Shown: positions 28,564 through 38,829 of the stretch, piece after piece
Numbering within the stretch: position 1 is the first letter of the stretch
Layout of the letters: the number at the start of each line of letters is the position of its first letter
Assembly (NCBI GenBank): GCA_965214935.1
Contig: CBDCCS010000016.1
Coordinates: 160,001 to 224,000 of the forward strand
Source: Candidatus Velthaea sp.
GTDB taxonomy: Bacteria > Vulcanimicrobiota > Vulcanimicrobiia > Vulcanimicrobiales > Vulcanimicrobiaceae
Direction of reading: 5' to 3'
Length of the DNA stretch: 64,000 nucleotides
Made by a program: the position numbers and the translations under genes
The notes under the pieces: model-generated
Seen by the model: only the letters and a program-made list of their open reading frames with translations
Databases searched by the model: none
Told to the model about the DNA's origin: nothing

Positions 28564-30912
28564 ATGGCACGCGTACGGCGTAAGGCCGCGGCGGCAACAC
28601 AAATGAATTTCGAGCTCGCGGGAATTGCGGCGCTCGGCTTGGCGTTGCTGCTCGGGATCGCAATTCTTCTGCCCGCAACCCGCACGGGGGCGGCGGGCGG
28701 AGCGACCGCACATGCGCTGCGGTGGACGTTCGGCACGGCAGCAGGCTGGTTTCCCTGCCTCGTTGCGCTGATCGGCGCGATCGTGTTTCTCGAAATAAAC
28801 GTCCCTAAAATGATCGCAACGCTCGGGGCGGCTGCGCTCGGCTTCTTCGTCATTATCGACACGGCGCTCGGCCCAAGCGGCGGCGCGCTGGGGCGTACGC
28901 TCGATACCAGCCTCGGCACGCTCGTGGGCGATATCGGTGAAAAGATCGTGCTGCTCTTCGCCGCGTTGACGATCGCAGTCCGGATTACGAACGTGTCGGT
29001 CAAGAAAACGATCGGCTGGGCTATTGCGCGGATCGCCGCCTTACGGCCGGCGCCGCGTTCGCGAGCGCAGCCGGTTGTCGCCGGGCGCAGCTCGGCCGCG
29101 ACTATCGCTCCTCCCGGTCCGCGCAGCCTGCGCGAAGCGTTTCACCTGCCGGCCGTACTCCCGCGCGCCGTCAAGCGAAGTGCCGAAACCACCGCCGCGA
29201 CAACGGCGGCGCCGGCTCCGTTCGCCGTGCCGCCCAAACCGATTTACGACGTGGCTGCCGACGATGAGTATGTTGAAGATCCCGACGCCGAAGATTTTGA
29301 CGAGGAGCTCGAAGACGAGGACGGCGCTGCTGAGGACGGCGCTAACGAAAACAATGAGGCCGCGGACGACGGCATCGACGCTCAAGGCGACGACGGTGCG
29401 TTGCGCGGCGTTTCGCCCGGCGACGTTGAGCGCGAAGCTGACGCTCCGGTGGCGGGCGACTACGAACCGGCCGGCGTCCGCCGTTCGTACCGCCTGCCGG
29501 ATCTTTCGATCTTCGATCCGGCGCAAGCCCAGCACGTCGATCAATCGAATCGCGCGGTCGTCCTGGAAGATACGCTGGCATCGTTCGGCGTCGGCGCGAA
29601 AGTCACGCATATCGAACGTGGACCGTCAATTACACGCTACGAACTCAAACCCGAGCGCGGAGTAAAGATCTCGCGCATTTCGGCACTCACCGACGATCTC
29701 GCGCTTGCGCTGGCGGCGACGTCGGTACGCATCGAAGCGCCGATTCCCGGCAAATCGGCGGTCGGCATCGAGGTGCCGAATGCAACGGTTTCGATCGTGG
29801 CCATTCGCGAGATCCTCGAAGCGCTACCGCAGCGCGGCGTGGTGCCGCCGCTCAACATGGCGCTCGGCAAAGACATTACCGGTCGCGTCGTCTTCGGCGA
29901 TCTGGGGAAGATGCCGCATTTGCTGGTCGCGGGTGCGACGGGTTCGGGTAAATCCGTCTGCCTCAACTGCATCATCGCGACGTTGCTCGCAAACGCCACG
30001 CCCGACCAAGTACAGATGCTCATGATCGATCCCAAGCGGGTCGAACTCACCGTCTATAACGGCATCCCGCATCTGATCAAAGACGTCATCACCGATGCCA
30101 AAATGGCCGCCGGTGCGTTGTTCGAGATGACCAAAGAGATGGATAGCCGCTACGAACGGTTCGCCAAAGCCGGCGTGCGCAAAATCGAAGAATATAATGC
30201 AAAATTTCCCGACGAGCATTTACCGTACGTCGTCATTATTATCGATGAGCTGGCAGACTTGATGCTCATCGCGCCGGCCAAAGTCGAAACGACGATTTGC
30301 CGCCTCGCTCAACTTGCGCGCGCAACCGGCATCCATCTCATCGTCGCAACGCAGCGACCGTCGGTCGACGTCATTACCGGTATCATCAAAGCAAATATCC
30401 CGTCGCGCATCGCTTTTGCGGTGAGCTCGCAAGTCGATTCTCGGACGATTCTGGACATGGGCGGAGCCGAACGGCTCTTGGGCCGCGGCGACATGCTGTA
30501 TCTGCCGATCGATGCCCCCAAACCCGTCCGCTCGCAAGGCGCGCTCGTCACGAGTGCCGAGATCTCGCGACTAGTTGAATTTTGGGCGCGGCAAGGCCGG
30601 CCGGAGAATCTACTCGATGTCGAGGTCGTGCCGATCGAGGCGGACGACGATACGAGACTCAATGCCGATCCGCTTTGTTACGACGCGGCGAAGTTCATCA
30701 TCGAAACAAATTACGCGTCGACGGCGCAGCTACAGTCGCAATTCTCGATCGGTCACCCGCGCGCGGTACGTTTGATGAAGCAACTTGAAGACTTCAAAGT
30801 CGTCGGTTCTCACGAGGGGACGAAGCCGCGCAAGATCTTGCTGGGACTCATGGATTTGGAAATCATCGCGCCGCGATTAGGCAAAAGCGATAAGCAGCCG
30901 GAACTCTTTTGA
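28564..30912 (+). CDS. ftsK: DNA translocase FtsK/SpoIIIE
   Basis: 4TM N-terminus, RIEAPIPGK, PHLLVAGATGSGKS, IDELADLM, ATQRPS, C-terminal gamma domain. Confidence 0.97.
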   Translation: MARVRRKAAAATQMNFELAGIAALGLALLLGIAILLPATRTGAAGGATAHALRWTFGTAAGWFPCLVALIGAIVFLEINVPKMIATLGAAALGFFVIIDTALGPSGGALGRTLDTSLGTLVGDIGEKIVLLFAALTIAVRITNVSVKKTIGWAIARIAALRPAPRSRAQPVVAGRSSAATIAPPGPRSLREAFHLPAVLPRAVKRSAETTAATTAAPAPFAVPPKPIYDVAADDEYVEDPDAEDFDEELEDEDGAAEDGANENNEAADDGIDAQGDDGALRGVSPGDVEREADAPVAGDYEPAGVRRSYRLPDLSIFDPAQAQHVDQSNRAVVLEDTLASFGVGAKVTHIERGPSITRYELKPERGVKISRISALTDDLALALAATSVRIEAPIPGKSAVGIEVPNATVSIVAIREILEALPQRGVVPPLNMALGKDITGRVVFGDLGKMPHLLVAGATGSGKSVCLNCIIATLLANATPDQVQMLMIDPKRVELTVYNGIPHLIKDVITDAKMAAGALFEMTKEMDSRYERFAKAGVRKIEEYNAKFPDEHLPYVVIIIDELADLMLIAPAKVETTICRLAQLARATGIHLIVATQRPSVDVITGIIKANIPSRIAFAVSSQVDSRTILDMGGAERLLGRGDMLYLPIDAPKPVRSQGALVTSAEISRLVEFWARQGRPENLLDVEVVPIEADDDTRLNADPLCYDAAKFIIETNYASTAQLQSQFSIGHPRAVRLMKQLEDFKVVGSHEGTKPRKILLGLMDLEIIAPRLGKSDKQPELF

Positions 30913-31547
30913 TCGCGCATTCGCGCACGCGCGCGGCCGCGCTTTCACTGATTTGCGCGATCCTCTACGCGTTGCTCGGTGCAAGCGTTTCGCACTCGGC
31001 GCCGGACGGCGTCGACATCGCGGGACGTGCGGTCGCCGGCGAAGCTCCGGCCGTGGCGTGGGTTTTTACCGCATCATGCCTTTGGCCGACGCTCCTAGCA
31101 TTCGGTATCGCCGGCTGCGTCGTCGCCGCGTTCGTCCCGGCGTGGCGCTTCCGCATCTTCTTCGCCATCGTAACAACGCTTGTGACCTGGCAACTCAGCA
31201 ACGGGCTCAAAGACGTCTTCCTGCGGCCGCGGCCGGCGTATTGGATCGTCCATCACGAGTCGACGTACTCATATTCGAGCGGTCACGCGATGTTCGCCGT
31301 GATCGTCTACGGCTTGTGGGCGTGGTACGTCGCGCGCAGTTCGATGCCGGCACGGCTGCGCGGCATCCTCGCAACGCTTCTGAGCTTATGGGGTGCCGGC
31401 GTCATCTGGTCGCGGCTGGCTCTGGGTGCGCACTACGTTACCGATCTCATCGGCGGCGTGCTGCTCGCGGCTAGCGCTCTAGCCGCCGCCGCAACGATCG
31501 CTTCGATCGCCCCGCAACGTTTTCGCGGTCGAACGATCGGTGCGTGA
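30909..31547 (+). CDS. PAP2 family membrane phosphatase
   Basis: K..FLRPRP, YSYSSGH, SRLALGAHYVTD; TTGA overlap with the ftsK stop. Confidence 0.9.
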   Translation: MIAHSRTRAAALSLICAILYALLGASVSHSAPDGVDIAGRAVAGEAPAVAWVFTASCLWPTLLAFGIAGCVVAAFVPAWRFRIFFAIVTTLVTWQLSNGLKDVFLRPRPAYWIVHHESTYSYSSGHAMFAVIVYGLWAWYVARSSMPARLRGILATLLSLWGAGVIWSRLALGAHYVTDLIGGVLLAASALAAAATIASIAPQRFRGRTIGA

Positions 31548-31790
31548 TGTTACGCACCTGCTCGCTTTTCAGCAGTTCGGCGTGGGTTTTCGTCTAATAA
31601 CCACCGTGTGGACGGAGAAACGCGCATCTTCGCCGGCATTTTGCGTGCGCTTCTGGTAGTTATGTAATGTAATCGTGCGATTCGACGACCGCGGCGCTCA
31701 GACAGACAAGACGGCTGCACCATGCGACCGAGCGCGAGCGAATAGCGTCCGGCGATGGTTCGCGCCTGCGTCCGGTTTGTATTTGGACGC

Positions 31791-34088
31791 ATGACGGCTT
31801 ACTTAAATCCGTTGCAAAGCGATCTCGAGTATCTTATCACCCGCTTTGAGACAGATCTTTTTAGCGGCCGAACCGAGGCCGGAGTTGCCAAGCTCGAAGC
31901 GATGATCCCGCTCGTCGAACAATGTGGTGAGGCCTCGCTGCTCGGTCGCGCGTTGTGTCTCAAAGCCCGGCTCTACGTCATTCAAGGCCGGCACGAAGCC
32001 GCGACGCAGTCGGCCCAAGCTGCATTGCAAGCCTTCGACCGGCTCGATGCCGCTGCGGCACGCAGTTATGCCGGGTGGCACGCTGAAACGTTTCGGACAA
32101 TCGCAACCGCGCAAGTCAAGCTTGGACGCATTGCCGAGGCGCTGCCGAATCTCGAACAGGCCGTTCGCATTGCGCAAGCCGGCGTCGATGCTGCAAATGA
32201 TTCGCCGGGCCGCACCGCCGACGCATTCGTGCAACGTGCGTTGTGCGCGCTTATTCGCGGGCTCGTTACCTTAGGCGTCTCGCTCTTCACCATCCGCGAG
32301 ATCGATATTGCGATCCAGGTGTACGAACGGGCGATCGCGCTTGCCGATACGCAACCGATTTCTTACGAACTTTTTGCCGACGATATCATGCTCGCTTTCT
32401 GGAACCTGACCGATGCGCTGCACAAACGCGCGGCTCACCGGCGTACCGCGGGCGACCTGCACGGCGCTGCCGCCGACGTCGCGGCAGCGGGTCAGCTGCT
32501 GGACCCGACGACCTGGAAAATTTACCGGGCACATTCCGACCTTGCAACGGCGGCTCCGGAGGCCTTACTCGCGCGACTCAGCGTTCATTCGCGCGAAGCC
32601 TATTTTGCTTCGATGGGGCGTCACTTACTGATCGCCGGACGGCCGCTCGATGCACGCGCGATGTTTGAATGTCAGCTTATCGAGGCCGGCCGTAAAGCGT
32701 TTGCCGATGATTGGGCGGCATCCGACGCACACGCCGGGATCGCGCAGGCGTCACTCGAACTCGGCCGGCTGCAAGAAGCGCTCGATCACTGCTCGCTGGC
32801 GCTGCAGTCGCTCGACCGGCACGACGAATCCGAAACACGCGCGACGGTTTTACTCGTCCGCGCGACGGCGTACCAGCTGCTCGAAGACTTCGAGGCGGCC
32901 TATGTGTCGCTCGACGAACACCATCGGATTCGCCGCAATCTTGAAGCCGCGGCGTCGCAGCAGTATGCCGCACACATGACGTTGCGACTCGATCTCGAGC
33001 GCGCGCGCTCCGATGCCGAGTCCCATCAACAGCTTGCCGCAACGCTGCAAACCATGGCCCGCGTCGGCCAGGATATCACCGCGAACCTCCACGCCGGCGC
33101 GATTTTGGCGTTGCTTCACCGCTACGTCACGGCGTTGCTCGATGTGCCCGCATTTGGCGTTTGGTTGCTCGATGCGGCCGGTGCGTCGCTCGATCTCGCA
33201 TTCGGTATCGAGGACGGACAGGCGATCGAGGCCATGAGCGTCGCACTCGACCATCCGGACTCGCTGGCCGCACGCGCCGTACGTGAACGGCACGAAATTG
33301 CTTACGAGTCGCCGCCCGATATCGCGCCGGTGCTGACCTTACCCGGCACGCGATTGCTGCCGGCCGTTTTGTTTGCACCGTTGATGGTCGCCGGCCGCGT
33401 TCTCGGCGTCGTCTCGGTTCAGTCGGATCGCCCGGCCGCGTTTAGTGAAAGCGCGCGCTCGATCTTTCGCACGCTGTGCACGTACGTCGCGATCGGTCTG
33501 GATAATGCGGCGGCATACGCGAAATTAGGCACGACCGTGGACGAGTTACGTCAAACGCAAGCCGAGCTGGCACTGCGGACCGCGCAATACGAGCGGCTGT
33601 CGAAAACCGATCCGCTCACGGAAATAGCGAACCGCCGTCACTTGCAGGAACGCGCCGCCATCGAGATCGCCGAGCTCAAACGGCACGATGGAAATTTATC
33701 CGTGGTGATGTTCGACATCGATCACTTTAAGAGCGTTAACGATACGTACGGACATGCCGCCGGCGATGCCGTTATCCAGAATGTCGCGCGCGTCGCCAAA
33801 CAATGGGTACGGCCGGTCGATGTTTTGGCGCGCATCGGCGGCGAAGAGTTCGCAGTCCTTTTGCCCGGTGCGAAATTGAACGATGCACTCGAAGTTGCCG
33901 AGCGCATCCGATTGAGCATCGACGCGTCGGGAGTCGAATGGAACGGCGAAACGATTCATGCGACGTCAAGTTTCGGCGTGGCGGAATTTGATGCTTCGCT
34001 CGACGAACTCGATCGAGCGCTCAATCATGCCGACGCGGCGCTGTATGCAGCAAAGAAAGCCGGCCGCAACCGCGTCAAGCATGCCTAG
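31791..34088 (+). CDS. Diguanylate cyclase with TPR-like repeats and GAF domain
   Basis: Helical TPR-like N-terminus, GAF (APLMVAGRVLGVVSVQS), DPLTEIANRR, RPVD, RIGGEEF. Confidence 0.93.
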   Translation: MTAYLNPLQSDLEYLITRFETDLFSGRTEAGVAKLEAMIPLVEQCGEASLLGRALCLKARLYVIQGRHEAATQSAQAALQAFDRLDAAAARSYAGWHAETFRTIATAQVKLGRIAEALPNLEQAVRIAQAGVDAANDSPGRTADAFVQRALCALIRGLVTLGVSLFTIREIDIAIQVYERAIALADTQPISYELFADDIMLAFWNLTDALHKRAAHRRTAGDLHGAAADVAAAGQLLDPTTWKIYRAHSDLATAAPEALLARLSVHSREAYFASMGRHLLIAGRPLDARAMFECQLIEAGRKAFADDWAASDAHAGIAQASLELGRLQEALDHCSLALQSLDRHDESETRATVLLVRATAYQLLEDFEAAYVSLDEHHRIRRNLEAAASQQYAAHMTLRLDLERARSDAESHQQLAATLQTMARVGQDITANLHAGAILALLHRYVTALLDVPAFGVWLLDAAGASLDLAFGIEDGQAIEAMSVALDHPDSLAARAVRERHEIAYESPPDIAPVLTLPGTRLLPAVLFAPLMVAGRVLGVVSVQSDRPAAFSESARSIFRTLCTYVAIGLDNAAAYAKLGTTVDELRQTQAELALRTAQYERLSKTDPLTEIANRRHLQERAAIEIAELKRHDGNLSVVMFDIDHFKSVNDTYGHAAGDAVIQNVARVAKQWVRPVDVLARIGGEEFAVLLPGAKLNDALEVAERIRLSIDASGVEWNGETIHATSSFGVAEFDASLDELDRALNHADAALYAAKKAGRNRVKHA

Positions 34089-34100
34089 CGCGGCGCACCG

Positions 34101-35507
34101 CTAACGCGGCGGCGACTCGAGCAGCGCGGGATAGGCCAAGTGGAACGCCGTTCGCTGTTGCAGGCGTTTGCCGATCTGCAGCAGCTTTGCTTCGCCGAAC
34201 GCATTGCCTAAGAATGCGACTCCCGACGGTAAGCCCCGTTCGGCCAGCCCGTTGGGAACCGTGAGCGCCGGCAAACCCGCAAGGTTGCCCGACGAAATGA
34301 GATCGGGGCCGCCGGAAAACTCCGTATAGACGCTGTCGAACGGAACACCGACCGGCAGCGCGACGGTCGGAAGCGTCGGCGAAACGATTGCATCGTAGCG
34401 GCCGAATGCCGCCTGCATATCGGCGATCATGAAAACGCGCTGCCGCATGGCATCGATGTAGTCGATCGCCGGCGTCGCATACGCCGCGTAACCGCCGAGC
34501 CGATCGTCTTTCTGTTGCAGTTCGCGCGACTTACCGCTCTCGATGAGGTCGCGGAACGCAGCGGCGCCCTCGCCGTTGACGATCGTTCCGACGGCCGCCC
34601 CGTATGGGTGCGGCGGCAACGCGACGCCGGAATCGATGTCGCAGAATTCGGCCAGCACCTTGAGCGAAGCGTTGAAGTTACGGACGACGCCGGGCATCGA
34701 CTTCGCCGTTGCGTCTTTGACGACGGCGATTCGCGGACGTCGTGAGGTGGCGGTCAACGGCCGGTCGACTGAGCTGGGATCGTTCGGATCGGCGCCGGCA
34801 ATCGTGTCGAGAATGACCCGCGCGTCGCGTGCACTGCGCGCGATCGGTCCTAACTTATCGAGCGTCCAGCATAATGCCATTGCGCCATGGCGGCTGACGC
34901 GACCGTAGGTCGGCCGCAATCCGGTGACTCCGCACGATGCCGACGGATTGAGGATCGAGCCCGAGGTCTCAGAACCGATGGCAAAGCCGACGAGTCCGGC
35001 GCTAACGGCGGCACACGAACCGCTCGACGAACCGCCGCTCCAGAAATGCCAATCCCACGGCGTCCGCCCGGGGCCCGTAAACGACGCGTCCGCATCGTTG
35101 TATCCGAAGCCGCCGGCCAGTTCGACCATTGCAAGTTTCGCGGTCAAGACGGCGCCGGCGGCGCTGAGCTTCGCAACGACGGTCGCATCGAAATCGAAGT
35201 GCTGATGCCGAAACGGAGCCGCGCCCCAGGTCGTCGGTGCATCGGGTGTCGCCAGCAGATCCTTGACACCATACGGGATCCCGTGCAGCGGGCCGCGCAC
35301 AAGACCGCGGCTGCGTTCGCGGTCGGCACGGCGCGCTTCTCTGAGTGCACGTTCGTGCACGATGCTGACGACGGCACCGTACACATGACCGTAACGCTCG
35401 AGCCGGTCGATATACAGTTCGGTCAGTTCGACCGACGACAACGACTTCGCACGGAGCAATGCTTGCAGCGCGGACGCATCGGAGAACGCAATGTCGTGCG
35501 GCGTCAC
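34101..35507 (-). CDS. Amidase signature (GatA-like) enzyme
   Basis: GPLHGIPYGVKDL, GGSSSGS, GSETSGSI, GLRPTYGRVSR. Confidence 0.95.
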   Translation of the reverse strand: MTPHDIAFSDASALQALLRAKSLSSVELTELYIDRLERYGHVYGAVVSIVHERALREARRADRERSRGLVRGPLHGIPYGVKDLLATPDAPTTWGAAPFRHQHFDFDATVVAKLSAAGAVLTAKLAMVELAGGFGYNDADASFTGPGRTPWDWHFWSGGSSSGSCAAVSAGLVGFAIGSETSGSILNPSASCGVTGLRPTYGRVSRHGAMALCWTLDKLGPIARSARDARVILDTIAGADPNDPSSVDRPLTATSRRPRIAVVKDATAKSMPGVVRNFNASLKVLAEFCDIDSGVALPPHPYGAAVGTIVNGEGAAAFRDLIESGKSRELQQKDDRLGGYAAYATPAIDYIDAMRQRVFMIADMQAAFGRYDAIVSPTLPTVALPVGVPFDSVYTEFSGGPDLISSGNLAGLPALTVPNGLAERGLPSGVAFLGNAFGEAKLLQIGKRLQQRTAFHLAYPALLESPPR

Positions 35508-35836
35508 CGCTCTTTGCTACTGCTCCGGCCGGCAGCAAAGCGCGTTACCGGTTCGTCCGAATTGCGCAGCCGTTTGTGTTTTGGATTGAGTTGCAGAGTC
35601 GCGCCTGCGTTTGCATCGATCGTTCGCGCGATCGTCGCAATCTCAGCATCGCTGAGCGCCGCATCGAACGTGCGGAAGTTTTCCGCCGTCGCTCGCGCAG
35701 CCGCCGACGGCGCGGGTATCGCTGCCACTTGTATCGCTGCGCCTGTTGAGGGTCCGGCTTCAATCGCCTTGGGCATGCACACCGCTGCGCTGGTCAGCGC
35801 AGTCACGGCAGTAATGAACGTGCGGCGGCTTTTCAT
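35504..35836 (-). CDS. Small Tat-signal protein (110 aa), possible amidase accessory subunit
   Basis: MKSRRTFITAVTAL twin-arginine motif; C-terminal LRNSDEPVTRF; GTGA overlap with the amidase start. Confidence 0.75.
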   Translation of the reverse strand: MKSRRTFITAVTALTSAAVCMPKAIEAGPSTGAAIQVAAIPAPSAAARATAENFRTFDAALSDAEIATIARTIDANAGATLQLNPKHKRLRNSDEPVTRFAAGRSSSKER

Positions 35837-35887
35837 GGCGCGCGTGTTGGCGGAGCACGGCGGCGTTCCTCCGAAGCAGAAGATAGA

Positions 35888-36538
35888 ATGAGAGTCGTTG
35901 CAATGTTGCTCGCAGCATGCTTGATGCCTGTCGGTATGACGTTGCGTGCCGGCGCGCAAGCAAACAGTGCATGCCCCGCGACGCCGGCGAAAATCTTGGG
36001 CGATCCGCGACTCATTCTGCCGGACGACGCGAAAATTACGGCGACGCGCCTCGGCTTCGAGATCGATGTCGGAAGCGACGGCCGCGTTCGCGGCATACAC
36101 ACGATCGCAAGTTCGGGCGACGCAAATGTCGATTTGACGGCGCGCCAACTGTTGCAGGCCGCATCGTACCAGCCCGCGCAAACCGGCTGCGTTGCGTATA
36201 GCGGCGGGCTGATACAGAACTACCATTTGTCCGCCGGTGCAGCAGACCGGCCCGTGCCGTTACCGGCTGCGCTCGACCGCACATGCACGCCGTTCATCAC
36301 CGCCTTTCTCACACCGCACGCACGCGACCGCAAACGAACCGGCACGGCAATCGTTGCCGTCGGGTTGGACGCTGCAGCGACACTGCAAACATCACCGGTT
36401 CTGCGCAAAAGTGCCGGCTCGGCGAGCCTCGACAACGAAGCGCTGCGCATGGCAGCCGCCGGTCACTACCGTTTCTTACAAGGCAGTGCGTGCACGCCGC
36501 AAGCCTTTACCGAATCGCTCGAAATTACGTTTCAGTAA
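35888..36538 (+). CDS. Exported protein with two TonB C-terminal-like domains
   Basis: Signal peptide; IDVGSDGRV..SSGDANVD..A and VGLDAAA..SAGSASLDNEAL; each repeat has a Cys pair. Confidence 0.7.
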   Translation: MRVVAMLLAACLMPVGMTLRAGAQANSACPATPAKILGDPRLILPDDAKITATRLGFEIDVGSDGRVRGIHTIASSGDANVDLTARQLLQAASYQPAQTGCVAYSGGLIQNYHLSAGAADRPVPLPAALDRTCTPFITAFLTPHARDRKRTGTAIVAVGLDAAATLQTSPVLRKSAGSASLDNEALRMAAAGHYRFLQGSACTPQAFTESLEITFQ

Positions 36539-36543
36539 CGGAC

Positions 36544-38253
36544 TTACACTTCCATGACGACGGGGATGACGATCGGCTTACGCCGCGACTTTTCAAAAAT
36601 TGCTTTCGATAAGCCGTTGCGAATGTGATCTTTGACCGTACCGACGTCGCGTATCCCTTCGACCGAACAATCGTCGAGAATTTGCGTGAGCTTGGCTTTG
36701 AGTTCATCCATTACGCCGCCCGAATCGGGTAGATAAAAGACGCCGCGCGACACGAGATCCGGTCCGGCCACCACGCGCGCTTCTTCGGCGTCGACGGTGA
36801 CCACGACCATCATGATGCCGTCGCCGGCGAGATGCTTGCGGTCGCGCAAAATGGCATCGCCGACGTCGCCGACGCCGGAGCCGTCCACCATCACGTTACC
36901 ACCATAGGTTCGGCCGATCTTATCGGCCGTTTCCTTGGTGAATTGAATGACGTCGCCGTTTTCAATAACGAAAACGTTGTCGCCCGGGACGCCGGTTTGA
37001 CGCGCTAAATGACCGTGCGTCACAAGCATCCGGTACTCGCCGTGAACCGGAATGAAATAGTCCGGCCGGACCAGGTTGAGCATGAGCAGCAGTTCTTCTT
37101 GGGATGCATGGCCCGAAACATGCGCCATTCCGGTCGAGCCGTGAATGACCGTTGCGCCCAATCGATAGAGATTGTTGATCGTTTTTGAGACGCTTTTTTC
37201 GTTACCGGGAATCGGCGTGGCGCTAATGACGACGGTATCGCCGGGTACGATGCGCAGCTTCTTATGATCGCGCACCGACAAGCGCGTAAGCGCCGACATC
37301 GGCTCGCCTTGCGAACCGGTCGTCATGACCACGACTTGCTCGGCCGGAAAATCGTCGACCTGTTCGAGCCGGATGATCATGCCGGGCGGAATATCGAGGT
37401 ATCCGAGTTCGGTCGAGAAGTGAACGACGTTCGAGAGCGAGCGGCCCAAGAATGCAACTTTGCGTCCGAAACGCTGCGCTTGATCGACGACCTGTTGAAT
37501 GCGCGGCACGTTGGAGGCAAACGACGTAACGATCAGCCGGCCTTTGGCACGTGCAAAGATATTGGCGAACGCTTCGCCGACGATGCGTTCGGATAACGTG
37601 TGACCCGGGCGTTCGGCATTGGTCGAATCGGCCAGCATGCACAGCACGCCCTCTTGTCCGACGCGTGCGATCGACGCGAAGTCGGCCGGTTTGCCGTCGA
37701 TCGGCGTTTGATCGAATTTGAAATCGCCGGTATGAAAGATCGTGCCGGTCGGCGTTCGGATCGCGAGCGCACATGCACCGGCCAAACTATGATTGATGTG
37801 AATGAACTGCGTTTCGATCCCGCCGTACGCGACTTTGTCACCGGGCTGAACGCTCACCAGATTGAGTTCAGCGGGTTTGTGCTCGCGCAGCTTCGCCCGA
37901 ATGAGGGCCAGCGTGAGCGGCGTACCGACGACCGGGACGCTGAACTCGCGCAGCAAGTAGGGGATGCCGCCGATGTGATCTTCGTGTCCGTGCGTCACGA
38001 GCAGCGCGCGAAACTTCGGCGCGCGTTCGCGCAAATAAGAAAAATCGTTGATGACGATATCGACGCCGAACATCTCGTCGTCGGGGAACATCAAGCCGCA
38101 ATCGACGACGACGAGATCGTCGTTGGTTTCAATGACGGTCATGTTGCGCCCGATCTCACCGCAGCCGCCGAGCGGGATGATGCGGAGATAGGGCTCTTCG
38201 GGAGGCGGCGGAACGACGAGAGTATCGGGGTACGACTGACCGCTAGATTGCAA
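36544..38253 (-). CDS. rnj: Ribonuclease J
   Basis: PLGGCGEIGRN, THGHEDHIGG, HTGDFK, TGSQGEP, HVSGHA, PVHGEYR. Confidence 0.97.
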   Translation of the reverse strand: MQSSGQSYPDTLVVPPPPEEPYLRIIPLGGCGEIGRNMTVIETNDDLVVVDCGLMFPDDEMFGVDIVINDFSYLRERAPKFRALLVTHGHEDHIGGIPYLLREFSVPVVGTPLTLALIRAKLREHKPAELNLVSVQPGDKVAYGGIETQFIHINHSLAGACALAIRTPTGTIFHTGDFKFDQTPIDGKPADFASIARVGQEGVLCMLADSTNAERPGHTLSERIVGEAFANIFARAKGRLIVTSFASNVPRIQQVVDQAQRFGRKVAFLGRSLSNVVHFSTELGYLDIPPGMIIRLEQVDDFPAEQVVVMTTGSQGEPMSALTRLSVRDHKKLRIVPGDTVVISATPIPGNEKSVSKTINNLYRLGATVIHGSTGMAHVSGHASQEELLLMLNLVRPDYFIPVHGEYRMLVTHGHLARQTGVPGDNVFVIENGDVIQFTKETADKIGRTYGGNVMVDGSGVGDVGDAILRDRKHLAGDGIMMVVVTVDAEEARVVAGPDLVSRGVFYLPDSGGVMDELKAKLTQILDDCSVEGIRDVGTVKDHIRNGLSKAIFEKSRRKPIVIPVVMEV

Positions 38254-38299
38254 AATACCGTCCTTGATGTGCGCCCGGCCGCGCGTGATCGTAAGCCGT

Positions 38300-38620
38300 A
38301 TGAGTTTGACCGCCGTGCGGCTAGTGCCCGCTTTTTTACTTGGAATCGTACTTTCGGCGGCTTCGCCGGCGATTTATGCCGCCGAGCGGCAAAAACCGGT
38401 CCACCCGCACCGACACCTTGGGACATCGGCCGAGCGGCTCGGTTTGTACTCGGCACGCGTCCGGCGGTCGACCTTGATGTATTTGCGGTTGCGCTTGCTC
38501 GAATTGCACGAACAAGGACTCGATCGTGCGCGTGCAGCGGTCGAACGCCGTATGAGTGTCGACGAACTAATTTACGGCCCGGTGCCGCCGCCGGTGCCCG
38601 GCACGCCGCGGGGGCGCTAA
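38300..38620 (+). CDS. Hypothetical exported protein (106 aa)
   Basis: Signal-peptide-like N-terminus (LVPAFLLGIVLSAASPA); followed by a GC hairpin. Confidence 0.5.
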   Translation: MSLTAVRLVPAFLLGIVLSAASPAIYAAERQKPVHPHRHLGTSAERLGLYSARVRRSTLMYLRLRLLELHEQGLDRARAAVERRMSVDELIYGPVPPPVPGTPRGR

Positions 38621-38829
38621 CACGGACGCCGGTTCGGCCGGTCCGCTTGGTTGCAACGCAACGTTCAGGACATCCGGCCGACGAAGCGTTACTTGAATTC
38701 AGGGCGAACGTCGGTCTGGCTCGTTTTGCGGAGGTCTTCAAATGGAATCTTTGACACGCGCGTCATCGGCTGCAAGCAGCCGGTGCCTCAATCGCGCACG
38801 TTTTGTCGGCTCAACGCGTCTTTGCTGAC

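Noticed and set aside
28261..28713. Apparent long overlap between the ftsK and dehydrogenase ORFs
   Set aside because: Artefact of longest-ORF starts; realistic starts (28564 + and 28500/28545 -) do not overlap.
34101..35836. gatC-gatA of the tRNA amidotransferase
   Set aside because: No gatB is adjacent, the small protein has a Tat signal, and the amidase motifs (GSETSGSI) differ from typical GatA (GSDTGGSIRQPA).
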